Source: an uncultured Eubacteriales bacterium (lineage in GTDB: Bacteria; Bacillota; Clostridia; Oscillospirales; Oscillospiraceae). Taken from it: a stretch of 64,000 nt of DNA. Shown here in pieces: positions 39,503 through 48,613 of this stretch. The number at the start of each line of letters is the position of its first letter. Within the stretch, counting starts at the first letter, position 1. Made by a program: the position numbers and the translations under genes. The stretch is from the NCBI GenBank assembly GCA_902475855.1, contig CABSBF010000005.1:1741-65740 (forward strand), in the 5' to 3' direction. Under the pieces are notes generated by a model. That model was not told the DNA's origin, searched no databases, and worked only from the letters and a program-made list of their open reading frames with translations.

Positions 39503-39565
39503 CTGTTATTATGTGCAGCTTCTGAGAAATGCATGCCGGTCCTGGCCGGCCAATGCAGACGGTGA

Positions 39566-39877
39566 TTACCGCTTTTTCGTCTGAACTACGGTCTGGCAGT
39601 TGGGGCAGACGTGCTCGGCGTGGCGGTAGTGGAAATAGAGGAATATTTCCGTCGAAACCATCAGGACATTCGGGAAATAGAACCAGAACGCCAGATTATA
39701 TGTGTGCGTGATCAGCTTTGCAATGATACCGCAGACGTAGCCGAAAGCGATGAAGGACATAAAGAAGGGACTTTTGCCCTTGGTGGACTTGGTTCGCAGA
39801 GAACGCACGATTGCCAACGGCCACGACAGGCCGAAACAGACGATCATCAGTGTTTCAAATAGACTTGCCCAGTTCAT
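39566..39877 (-). CDS. Small 3-TM membrane protein, PQ-loop/MtN3-like
   Basis: FGLSWPLAI...RTKSTKGKS...GYVCGI; three hydrophobic helices; last gene of the operon. Confidence 0.7.
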   Translation of the reverse strand: MNWASLFETLMIVCFGLSWPLAIVRSLRTKSTKGKSPFFMSFIAFGYVCGIIAKLITHTYNLAFWFYFPNVLMVSTEIFLYFHYRHAEHVCPNCQTVVQTKKR

Positions 39878-39898
39878 TTTTCAGGTTCTCCTTATTCT

Positions 39899-41497
39899 TT
39901 AGCGGCGGCGCGTATAGTCCGGCAGCAGTTTCGGCGAAAGCTGCGGCGTTTCCGTGCAGGCAGCCTTGCGCTGCGCCTCAAACTCATCTACGTGAGAGAG
40001 CGTCAGATTGCCGACCGTGACGGTTTTGGCCTTCTCCGCCGCGTTTTTGCCCGCGCTGCGGCCAAAGACAATGATGTCCAGCAGACTGTTGCCCATCAGA
40101 CGGTTACGGCCGTGGATGCCTCCGACCACCTCGCCGGCGGCGAAGAGGTTTTCCACATCGGTCTGACCGTCCGGCGTGATATGCAGTCCGCCATTCTGGT
40201 AGTGCAGGGTCGGATAGACAAGAATCGGCTCCTTGCGGATGTCAATGCCATGCTTTCCGAACATCCGGAGCATCGCGGGAATGCGCTTTTCGATCGTACC
40301 CTCACCGTGCTTCAGCTCAATCATGGGTGTGTCCAGCCAGACGGCAAAGCCCTCCGGGGTGGGAACGCCGTTGCGGCGGTCGGTGCATTCACGGATGATG
40401 GAAGCGGCGGCAACGTCGCGCGTTTCCAGAGGATTCATAAAGACCTCGCCGGCGGCATTGACCAGCATCGCTCCGACGGAACGTACCTTTTCCGTAACCA
40501 GTGCGCCGTAGATCTGCGCGGGGAAGGCTGCGCCCGTGGGATGGTACTGGAGCGTGTCCGGATACAGGAGCTTCGCACCCGCGCGGTAGCCGAGCACCAG
40601 ACCGTCAGCAGTTGCGCCGTAGTGGTTGGAGGTGGGGAAGCCCTGATAGTGCAGCCGGCCCGCGCCTCCCGTGGCGAGAATAACGGTCTTTGCCTTCGCA
40701 ACGAGCAGCTCATTCGTTTCCATGTTCATAAGAACCGCGCCCGCGCAGTGTCCGGCGTCGTCCTTGATCAGTTCAATGGCTGCGGTGTAGTCCACAACAT
40801 CAATGCCGCGGTTAAGCACCTCGTCGCGCAGGGTGCGCATGATCTCCGCGCCGGAGTAGTCCTTCGCCGCATGCATCCGCTTGCGGGAGGTACCGCCGCC
40901 GTGGGTGGTGATCATGGTGCCGTCTGGCGCTTTGTCAAATTCCACGCCCAGCTCGGACAGCCAGCCGATGGCCTCCGGCGCCTGCGTGACGAGCTTATAC
41001 AGAAGATCCTTCTGCGCGGCAAAATGACCGCCGCCGTAGGCATCGAGAAAATGCTGTGCAGGGGAATCATTGGGCTTGTCGGCAGCCTGAATGCCGCCCT
41101 CAGCCATCATGGTGTTTGCATCGCCCATGCGAAGCTTGGTAACGACCAGAACCTTTGCACCCGCGTTGTCGGCCTCGATCGCCGCCGACGCACCTGCGCC
41201 GCCGCCGCCGATGACCAGCACGTCGGCTTCATAGTCCGGCCGGGAAAGATCAATGTGCTTTCCCAGCAGGCGGGACTGCCCTTCCAGCAGCTTTCGCAGC
41301 TCCAGCGGAACCTTGCCGCCCTTGTTCGGACCAAAGTCCAGGGTGGCAAACTGGTTTTCCCGATAGTCCGGGTGATAGGTGCGCAGAAGAACGTCTTTTT
41401 CCTCCGCAGTCATGCGCCGCGGTTCCAGACGGAGATTCGCCTCCCGCGCGGCTTCAACCTTGCGGATGGATTCCAGCATTTTTTCATCCTGATACAT
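39899..41497 (-). CDS. Soluble fumarate reductase-like flavoprotein (SdhA/FrdA/TfrA family)
   Basis: IGGGGAG, NTMMAEGGI, GGTSRKR, QYHPTG, LVTEKVR, LETRDV, PTLHYQNGG, HGRNRLMGNSL. Confidence 0.88.
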   Translation of the reverse strand: MYQDEKMLESIRKVEAAREANLRLEPRRMTAEEKDVLLRTYHPDYRENQFATLDFGPNKGGKVPLELRKLLEGQSRLLGKHIDLSRPDYEADVLVIGGGGAGASAAIEADNAGAKVLVVTKLRMGDANTMMAEGGIQAADKPNDSPAQHFLDAYGGGHFAAQKDLLYKLVTQAPEAIGWLSELGVEFDKAPDGTMITTHGGGTSRKRMHAAKDYSGAEIMRTLRDEVLNRGIDVVDYTAAIELIKDDAGHCAGAVLMNMETNELLVAKAKTVILATGGAGRLHYQGFPTSNHYGATADGLVLGYRAGAKLLYPDTLQYHPTGAAFPAQIYGALVTEKVRSVGAMLVNAAGEVFMNPLETRDVAAASIIRECTDRRNGVPTPEGFAVWLDTPMIELKHGEGTIEKRIPAMLRMFGKHGIDIRKEPILVYPTLHYQNGGLHITPDGQTDVENLFAAGEVVGGIHGRNRLMGNSLLDIIVFGRSAGKNAAEKAKTVTVGNLTLSHVDEFEAQRKAACTETPQLSPKLLPDYTRRR

Positions 41498-41509
41498 GGC
41501 GATTCCTCC

Positions 41510-42184
41510 TTATTTCTCGATCTCGCGGTGATTGTACAGCTCCTGCATTTCGGACAGAGGCTTACCCATGAGATCCTCCAGCAGCGCTTCGAATTTGCCC
41601 TCGTTGATCTCCTCAATGCGCTCATCCAGATGCGCGCAGTGCGGCGCGAGGTACTTGCCGTTCAGACGGCGGGCAAGCATGGCGACCTGACCGTGGGAAA
41701 TCCCGGCAGGGCAGCGGGAGGAGCAGACACCGCACATGACGCAGTCGAAGGATTCTTCCGCACATTTTTCGTATTCGCCGCGCTGTGCATAGGCAATATA
41801 CTGCATGACGTTCAGACCCTGCGTGCAGGCCTTGGTACAGGCATTGCAGCCGACGCAGGAGTAGATCTCCGGGTAGAGCTGCATCATGATTTGCTGGGTG
41901 GGCTTGATTTTTTCCATGTCGTAGACGGCCTTGACCAGCGGGAAGAAGGGCAGCGTCGCGACATACATATTGTTTTCCACCTTGGTCGAGCAGGCAAGGC
42001 AGGCCTTGAGCTCCCGGTCGCCCGCGATGCGGTAGATCGTCGCGCAGGCTCCGCAGAAGCCGTTGCGGCAGCCGCAGCCGCGGACGAGCTGGTAGCCGGA
42101 ATACTCCATAGCTTCCATGATGGTCAGACTTTCCGGCACCTCGTATTTTTTGCCGAAGAGGAAAACATTGACGGTTTTTTCCAT
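41510..42184 (-). CDS. FrdB/SdhB-like iron-sulfur subunit (2Fe-2S + 2x4Fe-4S)
   Basis: GCRNGFCGAC...CLAC, CVGCNACTKAC, CVMCGVCSSRCP. Confidence 0.85.
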   Translation of the reverse strand: MEKTVNVFLFGKKYEVPESLTIMEAMEYSGYQLVRGCGCRNGFCGACATIYRIAGDRELKACLACSTKVENNMYVATLPFFPLVKAVYDMEKIKPTQQIMMQLYPEIYSCVGCNACTKACTQGLNVMQYIAYAQRGEYEKCAEESFDCVMCGVCSSRCPAGISHGQVAMLARRLNGKYLAPHCAHLDERIEEINEGKFEALLEDLMGKPLSEMQELYNHREIEK

Positions 42185-42195
42185 GGCTTTTCTCC

Positions 42196-43023
42196 TTAAT
42201 ACTCGTCCGGCAGGGTGTCCAGCTCATCAAAGCGGAACACAGGGCCGTCCTTGCAGACGTACTTGGAGCCGATGTTGCAGCGCCCGCATTTGCCGAGAGC
42301 GCATTTCATTTTCAGCTCCAGTGTGGTATAGATCTGTTCCTTGGCAAAGCCGAGCTCCATCAGTCCGGCCAGAGTGAACTTGATCATAATGGGAGGGCCA
42401 CACATGACGACGGTTTTGTCCGTGGGGAAGCCCAGCTCCTTGACATAGTTCGGCACGAAACCGACATGCCCGGCCCAGCCTTCCTGCTCGCGGTCGATCG
42501 TCAGGTGGACGTTGATCCCGTCCTCCTTGCACCATTCGTCGAGAATCTCCTGAAAATCAACCAGATCCTCTTTCGAACGGGAGCCGTAGACAATGTCGAT
42601 TTTTCCATAGCGGTCGCGGTAATGGCGGCAGTAGTTGATGACGGAATGCAGGGGAGCAAGGCCGATGCCGCCGGCGATGAACAGCAGATCCCTGCCCGCG
42701 AACGCGGTGTCTACGGGGAAGCCGTTGCCATAGGGACCGCGCAGCGTGAGCTGCTGACCGGGCTCCATGCCGTGCAGCCACGAGGTCACGCAGCCGCATT
42801 TTTTGATGGAGAACTCCAAAAAGCGCTCCTCCGTCGGCGAAGAGGTAATGGAAAAAAGCGCTTCGCCCACGCCGGGCATGGAGAGCATCGCACACTGGCC
42901 GGGAATGTGTGCAAAGGGCTTGTTGCCGTTCAGATCGACCACGCGGAAGGTCTTGACGTCAGGCGTATCCACGCGGATGCCCGTGACCTCGACGAGCATG
43001 GGAATCAGCGGATCGTTTCTCAT
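42196..43023 (-). CDS. flxA: FlxA-like FAD/NAD(P)-binding oxidoreductase (AsrB/sulfhydrogenase gamma family)
   Basis: PGQCAMLS, RGPYGNGF, IAGGIGLAP, CGPPIM, MKCALGKCGRC...VCKDGPVF. Confidence 0.85.
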   Translation of the reverse strand: MRNDPLIPMLVEVTGIRVDTPDVKTFRVVDLNGNKPFAHIPGQCAMLSMPGVGEALFSITSSPTEERFLEFSIKKCGCVTSWLHGMEPGQQLTLRGPYGNGFPVDTAFAGRDLLFIAGGIGLAPLHSVINYCRHYRDRYGKIDIVYGSRSKEDLVDFQEILDEWCKEDGINVHLTIDREQEGWAGHVGFVPNYVKELGFPTDKTVVMCGPPIMIKFTLAGLMELGFAKEQIYTTLELKMKCALGKCGRCNIGSKYVCKDGPVFRFDELDTLPDEY

Positions 43024-44042
43024 TTGGTTTCTCCTCCCAGCGTTCGGATGACTTTGACGATGTTCATGTGAATGGGGCATTTGGCAAGGCAGCGGCCGCA
43101 GCCGACGCAGCCGAAGATCCCCTCGTTATTTTCGGGATAGTACACCAGCTTGTGCAGGAAGCGCTGGCGGAAGCGTTCAAGCTGTGTCGGCCGGGGCTGA
43201 CCGGCGGACATCTGGGTGAAGTCGGAGTACATGCAGCTATCCCAGCAGCGGAAGCGGCGTACCTTTTTGCCGGTGTCGAATTCCTCGATGTCGTAGCACT
43301 GGCAGGTCGGACAGACAAAGGTACAGGTGCCGCAGCCGAGGCAGCTTTCACTGAGCTGCTTCCACTCCGGACGGTCAAAGAGTGCCTTCGTTTTTCCGGC
43401 ACCGAAGCTTTTAAGAGACAGACCGTGCAGCGGGAGCTTTTCCAAAATCTCCCGTGTGCGCACCTGCTGTGCGGCAACGGCATCCGCCCCGCCTTCTTCC
43501 AGCAGGGAAAGACGGGTTGTCAGCGCTTCGCCCTGTTCCGTGTTGGCGCGCCAATAGAGATTGTTTTCATCCAGCCAGCAGGTGACATCACCGGCGGGGT
43601 CGGCCGGGTCAATGCCGAAGGCAGTGCAGAAGCAGGTTTCCTCCGGACGGGAGCAGGCGAGCGTCACGACAGTGACATGCTCACGCCGCGCCTGATAGAA
43701 GGTATCCGTCGCAGAAGACAGGAACACCCGGTCGAGAATGTCAAAGCTTCGGCAGTCACAGGCGCGCACACCGAAAAGCACAAAGGGCGCGATCTCCGCG
43801 CTGTGCTCGATCAGCTCCAGATTTTTGCCTTCCACACGGAAATCCACGAGATTTTCCACCTGGGGGAAGAAAAGGTCCTTCGCACTGCGGACGGTGTTCA
43901 GATGCTTTGTAAGGCTGACGCCCTCCTGCCAGCGGGTGTAATTGGCCTGCCCGGAGGCGTCGTCTGCCGGGAGATAGAGCTGCTGTTCGGCGGCAATCGC
44001 CGCGAAAAGCTCATTGAGCCGGGAAAGTGGAAGCTGTTTCAT
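43020..44042 (-). CDS. flxB: FlxB-like 4Fe-4S protein (AsrA family)
   Basis: SAKDLFFPQ, GVRACD, CLGCGTCTFVCPTCQC, RCWDSC, RFRQRFLHK, CVGCGRCLAKCP. Confidence 0.85.
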   Translation of the reverse strand: MKQLPLSRLNELFAAIAAEQQLYLPADDASGQANYTRWQEGVSLTKHLNTVRSAKDLFFPQVENLVDFRVEGKNLELIEHSAEIAPFVLFGVRACDCRSFDILDRVFLSSATDTFYQARREHVTVVTLACSRPEETCFCTAFGIDPADPAGDVTCWLDENNLYWRANTEQGEALTTRLSLLEEGGADAVAAQQVRTREILEKLPLHGLSLKSFGAGKTKALFDRPEWKQLSESCLGCGTCTFVCPTCQCYDIEEFDTGKKVRRFRCWDSCMYSDFTQMSAGQPRPTQLERFRQRFLHKLVYYPENNEGIFGCVGCGRCLAKCPIHMNIVKVIRTLGGETK

Positions 44043-45013
44043 TCTCCTGCGCCTCCTCTCCGGTAGATGACAGAGGGCTCACAGTCGCCCTTGTCGAAGT
44101 CCATCAGCGGCGGCTTGGAGGTGAAGTCCGCGCCAGCCTGATAATCGCCGTACAACTCGTTGATGTCCTTGATAAACTTGCGGTTGAGCAGATGCAGCGG
44201 GATGTGCTGCGGGCAGACGCGGGAGCATTCGCCGCAGTCCGTGCAGCGGGAGGCCACATGGAAGGCGCGGATGATGTGGAAGAGATTCTCCTCAAAGGAA
44301 TCCGCAGCAGCCTTATTCTGCACGCCGGAGTCGTGGTTGTCAAACACGCACTTCTCACAGGAGCAGGCGGGGCAGACATTGCGGCAGGCATTGCAGCGGA
44401 TGCAGCGGGAAAGCTCGCCGCGCCAGAAAGCAAAGCGCTCTTCCGGCGTCATGCGCTCCAAACGTTCGACCTCCTCAAAGCGGGAGGTGACCTGCTCCTC
44501 ACCCTGTTCGCCGATCAGCTCGTCGAAGCAGACAATTTTCTTGCTCTTGCAGGTTTCACACTTGCCGAGCAGGACGTCTGCGCGGTTCAGATTGATGTCG
44601 CCGTAGATCGTCCGGGCAGTAACGGTATCGCCGCCGTCTTCGACGGCGGTCACGCCGGAGGCGCCGCAGGCCTTGACCTTTTCAATGTCGCACATACCTT
44701 CGCACTGCACCCCGACGGCATAGACGGTTTCCCGCAGGACCCGGTGCTCCTTGAGAAGCTGCACGAAGGAATAGGAGTCGCAGGGCTTCAGGAAGACTGC
44801 GATCTTCCCACCCTTGCGGGATTCAGCAATCAGATATTTGGACAGATTCGCGCCGGAAAAAATGCTGTAGACAAACTCCTTTTCCACCTCCGCGGCGGTG
44901 GTGAATACCGCAGGTGTCAGGTCATAGAAGAATTCACCGGCTTTCCAGCCGAGGACGCGATCCACTTCACCGGAGGCCAGCAGGGAAAGCGCGCGTTCTT
45001 TTACTCTTTGCAT
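44039..45013 (-). CDS. flxC: FlxC-like 4Fe-4S protein (FrhB/FdhB-like)
   Basis: KPCD, CIRCNACRNVCPACSC, RAFHVASRCTDCGECSRVCP. Confidence 0.82.
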   Translation of the reverse strand: MQRVKERALSLLASGEVDRVLGWKAGEFFYDLTPAVFTTAAEVEKEFVYSIFSGANLSKYLIAESRKGGKIAVFLKPCDSYSFVQLLKEHRVLRETVYAVGVQCEGMCDIEKVKACGASGVTAVEDGGDTVTARTIYGDINLNRADVLLGKCETCKSKKIVCFDELIGEQGEEQVTSRFEEVERLERMTPEERFAFWRGELSRCIRCNACRNVCPACSCEKCVFDNHDSGVQNKAAADSFEENLFHIIRAFHVASRCTDCGECSRVCPQHIPLHLLNRKFIKDINELYGDYQAGADFTSKPPLMDFDKGDCEPSVIYRRGGAGE

Positions 45014-45435
45014 CGCAGATCCTCCAGTCTCCGGTTTTCGCCCAAAGCGGCGACGGTTTGTACAAATTCATTCATCGTGGCAGCAAATTTCGCACCTTCT
45101 GCTGCCGAGACCCACTCAACGCGGGTGCGCTCACGCTCGATGCCGAGGTAATCCAGCATGGAGAACAGCAGCGTCATGCGGCGGCGGGCGTAGTAATTGC
45201 CGGTCGTGTAGTGGCAGTCGCCGGGGTGGCAGCCGCACAGGATCACGCCGTCTGCGCCGCGCTGAAATGCGCGCAGGATAAACAGCGGGTTCAGCCGGCA
45301 GGAGCAGGGAATGCGGATGATCTTCACGTCAGCCGGATAGTTCAGACGGTTTGTGCCGGATAGATCTGCACCTGCGTAGGAGCACCAGTTGCAGCAGAAG
45401 GCCACGATGGTCGGACGGTATTCACTTACCTGCAT
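45001..45435 (-). CDS. mvhD: MvhD/FlxD 2Fe-2S subunit
   Basis: AFCCNWCSYAGAD, IPCSCR, GADGV, GCHPGDCHY, WVSAAEG. Confidence 0.93.
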   Translation of the reverse strand: MQVSEYRPTIVAFCCNWCSYAGADLSGTNRLNYPADVKIIRIPCSCRLNPLFILRAFQRGADGVILCGCHPGDCHYTTGNYYARRRMTLLFSMLDYLGIERERTRVEWVSAAEGAKFAATMNEFVQTVAALGENRRLEDLRCKE

Positions 45436-47417
45436 ATTGCATCCACCTCCGCGAGAATCTGTTTGTTAGAGAAGCCTTTCAGGTCCATAGCGCCGGAGGG
45501 ACAGGCGACCGTGCACGCGCCGCAGCCCTGGCAGACGGCCGGATTGACCTGCGCAACACGGCGCAGAAGCGTTGTGCGGTTCGGACCGCGGAATTCCTTG
45601 TCCACGTAGGTGATTGCACCGTAGGGACAGACCTTTTCACAACTGGAGCAGCCATTGCACATCAGCTCGTTCGGCTGGGCAATGCAGGGATTGCACAGAA
45701 GCTGATCCTTGCACAGAAGGCCGATGACCTTGGAGGCGGCGGCGCCTGCCTGTGCGACGGTTTCGGGAATGTCCTTCGGCCCCTGACAGGCGCCGGAGAG
45801 GAAGATGCCTGCTGTTGGGCTTTCGACCGGGCGCAGCTTCGGGTGCGCCTCTGTGAAGAAGTCGTTCGTGTCCATAGAGGCGGTCAGCATCGTGGCAAGG
45901 CCACGGGCCGAGGCATCCGGCTCGATGGCGGCCGCGAGAACGACCATGTCCGCGTCAATGTGGAGCTGGCGGTTGTCAAGCAAATCAGAGGCCTGCACCT
46001 TGAGCTTGCCATTTTCCGGCACGACCTTGCCAACCATGCCCTTGATGTAGTGAACGCCGTATTCCTCGACGGCGCGGCGGTAGAATTCATCAAAATTCTT
46101 GCCGGGGGTGCGCACGTCGATGTAAAATACATAGACGTCGGTATCGGGATACTTTTCACGGCAGAGCATGGCGTGCTTTGCCGTGTACATACAGCAGATC
46201 TTGGAGCAGTAGGGCTTGCCCTTTTCGCCGCCGTCGCAGCGCGAGCCGACGCACTGCACAAAGACGATGGTCTTGGGATGGGTGCCATCGGAGGGGCGCA
46301 GAAGTGTGCCGCCCGTGGGACCGGCGGCGTTCATCAGACGCTCAAATTCCAGAGAGGAGACGACGTCCGGGCTTTGACTGTAGGCGAACTCATCGAATTT
46401 GTCGAGCTTGATGGGGTTGAAGCCTGTTGCGGCGACGATTGCGCCGTATTCGCGGACGATATGCTCGTCCTTCTGTGTGTAGTCGATCGCACCGGCGGTA
46501 CAGACCTTGGAGCAGACGCCGCACTTGCCGGTTTTCAGCATGGTGCAGTAATTGGCGTCGATGGTGGCAACCTTCGGAACGGCCTGCGCAAAGGGAATGT
46601 AGATTGCGCGGCGGTTGTCAAGGCCAAGGTTGAATTCGTTTGGCACCTTTTTCTGCGGGCATTTTTCCGTACACAGGCCGCAGCCGGTACAGACGTCCTC
46701 CTTGACGTAGCGCGCCTTTTTGCGGATGGTCACCTTGAAGTTTCCGACAAAACCCTTGACGTCCTCTACCTCGGAGTAGGAATAGATGTGAATCTTCTCA
46801 TTCTGCGCACAGTCGACCATTTTCGGAGTCAGGATGCAGGCGGCGCAGTCGAGGGTGGGGAAGGTTTTGTCGATCTGCGTCATCTTGCCGCCGATGGTCG
46901 GCTGCTTTTCGACGATATCGACTTCAAAGCCCGCGTCTGCGATGTCCAGCGCGGTCTGAATGCCGGCAATGCCACCGCCGATGACCAGCGCACGCTTTGT
47001 GACGGGGCTGGTCATTGCGGTCAGGGGTGCGTTGAGCTGCACCTTTGCAATGGCAGCCCGGCCGAGAATGATGGCCTTAGCCGTAGCCTCCTCGCGGTTT
47101 TTGTGGATCCAGGAGCACTGCTCACGGATATTCGCGATCTCGACCATATAGGGGTTCAGTCCGGCCTTCTCGCAGGTCTTGCGGAAGGTCGTCTCGTGCA
47201 TCCGCGGGGAGCAGGAGCAGACGACCACGCCGGTCAGACCGTATTCGTGGACCTTGCTCTGAATCAGTTCCTGCCCCGTCTGGGAACACATATATTGGTA
47301 ATTGGTGGAAAAAACAACGCCGGGTTCCCGGGCGAGCGCCTCGGAAACGGCCTGCACGTCCACGGTTGCGGCGATATTACTGCCGCACCAGCATACGAAA
47401 ACGCCGATTCTCTGCAT
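45426..47417 (-). CDS. hdrA: Heterodisulfide reductase subunit A (electron-bifurcating flavoprotein)
   Basis: IGVFVCWCGSNI, CSCSPRMHE, ANIREQCSW, VIGGGIAG, DKTFPTLDCAAC, QCVGSR, YCSKICC, GACQGPKDIP, C-terminal ferredoxin motifs. Confidence 0.96.
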   Translation of the reverse strand: MQRIGVFVCWCGSNIAATVDVQAVSEALAREPGVVFSTNYQYMCSQTGQELIQSKVHEYGLTGVVVCSCSPRMHETTFRKTCEKAGLNPYMVEIANIREQCSWIHKNREEATAKAIILGRAAIAKVQLNAPLTAMTSPVTKRALVIGGGIAGIQTALDIADAGFEVDIVEKQPTIGGKMTQIDKTFPTLDCAACILTPKMVDCAQNEKIHIYSYSEVEDVKGFVGNFKVTIRKKARYVKEDVCTGCGLCTEKCPQKKVPNEFNLGLDNRRAIYIPFAQAVPKVATIDANYCTMLKTGKCGVCSKVCTAGAIDYTQKDEHIVREYGAIVAATGFNPIKLDKFDEFAYSQSPDVVSSLEFERLMNAAGPTGGTLLRPSDGTHPKTIVFVQCVGSRCDGGEKGKPYCSKICCMYTAKHAMLCREKYPDTDVYVFYIDVRTPGKNFDEFYRRAVEEYGVHYIKGMVGKVVPENGKLKVQASDLLDNRQLHIDADMVVLAAAIEPDASARGLATMLTASMDTNDFFTEAHPKLRPVESPTAGIFLSGACQGPKDIPETVAQAGAAASKVIGLLCKDQLLCNPCIAQPNELMCNGCSSCEKVCPYGAITYVDKEFRGPNRTTLLRRVAQVNPAVCQGCGACTVACPSGAMDLKGFSNKQILAEVDAICR

Positions 47418-47429
47418 TGTTTCCCCTCC

Positions 47430-47810
47430 TTATCTTCTGTATTTCCGGAATGCGCTGGTGACCGCTTGCTGCGGCAGCGCCTCGTCCAATTTTTCCGGAA
47501 TAGCTTCCGGCGGCAGATGGTTCTGCCCCTGCTGACGCAGAACGGCCAGCCGGACGGCTTCGATCAGCGCAGCAGGCTCCACACTGCGCGGGCAGCGCTC
47601 CACGCAGGCAAAGCAGCTCAGGCAGGTGTAGATGCCGCGGGAGTGCATCAGCTCGTCGATCCGGCCGGATTCGACCATGGAGACGAACTGATGCGGATGG
47701 TAGTCCATCTCATCGTAGGCGGGGCAGCTTGCCGAGCACTTGCCGCATTTCATGCACTTGCGCGGGTTGACCCCGGAGATGCGCTGTACAGTTTCCATGA
47801 GGTCATTCAT
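47430..47810 (-). CDS. hdrC: Heterodisulfide reductase subunit C
   Basis: CMKCGKCSASCP and CLSCFACVERCP. Confidence 0.9.
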   Translation of the reverse strand: MNDLMETVQRISGVNPRKCMKCGKCSASCPAYDEMDYHPHQFVSMVESGRIDELMHSRGIYTCLSCFACVERCPRSVEPAALIEAVRLAVLRQQGQNHLPPEAIPEKLDEALPQQAVTSAFRKYRR

Positions 47811-48598
47811 TGCTGCTCCTCCTTTACGCCCAGCGCTTCGGCCAGAAGCTCCGTAAAATATCGCACGGGCAGACGGCCGTCCGTGTTTTCCGAGAGATTA
47901 TACATACAAAGCGGACAGGCGGTGATCAGCTCCTGCGCACCGCAGGCGGAAGCGTTATCCAGCACCTTCTGTGCCTGCTTGGAGGCATAGGTGCGGTTTT
48001 CCAGCGTGGTGTAGCCGCCGCAGCATTCATTGCGCATGGCGTAGACGACCGGTTCGGCGCCGATGGCGCGGATAAAATCCTCCAGAACGGTCGGATTTTC
48101 CGGATCGTCAAAGCCCAGTTCCCGGCTGGGGCGCAGCAGCAGGCAGCCGTAATACGCGCCGATCTTACGTCCGGTCAGGGGATGAACGACCTTCTCACGC
48201 AGCCGGTCGAAGCCGATACGGTCACGCAGCACCTCCAGATAGTGCAGTACCTCTGTTTCTCCGGCGTAGGGAACGTCGGGAGCCAGATAGTTGTTGACCT
48301 TTTGACGGATGGAATCGTCATTTTTCAGGTCGCCGTTGACCCGCTTGATCACATGGTGACAGGCGGAGCACAGCGTGACCAGCGCCTCACCGCGGTCGCG
48401 CGCAGCCATAAGCGCACGGACAGAGGAGAGCCGTGTGGCGATCTCGTCGCGCGCCATGGGATAGACTGCGCCGCAGCACTGCCATTCGTCCAGCTCCCGC
48501 AGGGTGAAGCCCAGTGCCTCGGCAGACGCGCGACCCCAGCGGTCCAGCTCTACACCCTTCGTTTTCAGAGTGCAGCCGGGGAAATAACTGAATGTCAT
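47807..48598 (-). CDS. hdrB: Heterodisulfide reductase subunit B (two CCG domains)
   Basis: YFPGCT, WQCCGA, LCSACH, YYGCLL, ECCGG, TACPLC. Confidence 0.92.
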   Translation of the reverse strand: MTFSYFPGCTLKTKGVELDRWGRASAEALGFTLRELDEWQCCGAVYPMARDEIATRLSSVRALMAARDRGEALVTLCSACHHVIKRVNGDLKNDDSIRQKVNNYLAPDVPYAGETEVLHYLEVLRDRIGFDRLREKVVHPLTGRKIGAYYGCLLLRPSRELGFDDPENPTVLEDFIRAIGAEPVVYAMRNECCGGYTTLENRTYASKQAQKVLDNASACGAQELITACPLCMYNLSENTDGRLPVRYFTELLAEALGVKEEQQ

Positions 48599-48613
48599 AA
48601 AAAAACCTCTTTG

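Noticed and set aside
39992..42199. 735-aa plus-strand ORF
   Set aside because: Antisense shadow of frdA/frdB.
45426..48598. hdrABC as evidence of methanogenesis or sulfate reduction
   Set aside because: Bacterial Firmicutes context with no mcr, dsr or apr genes in the window; Hdr-Flx occurs in many fermenters.
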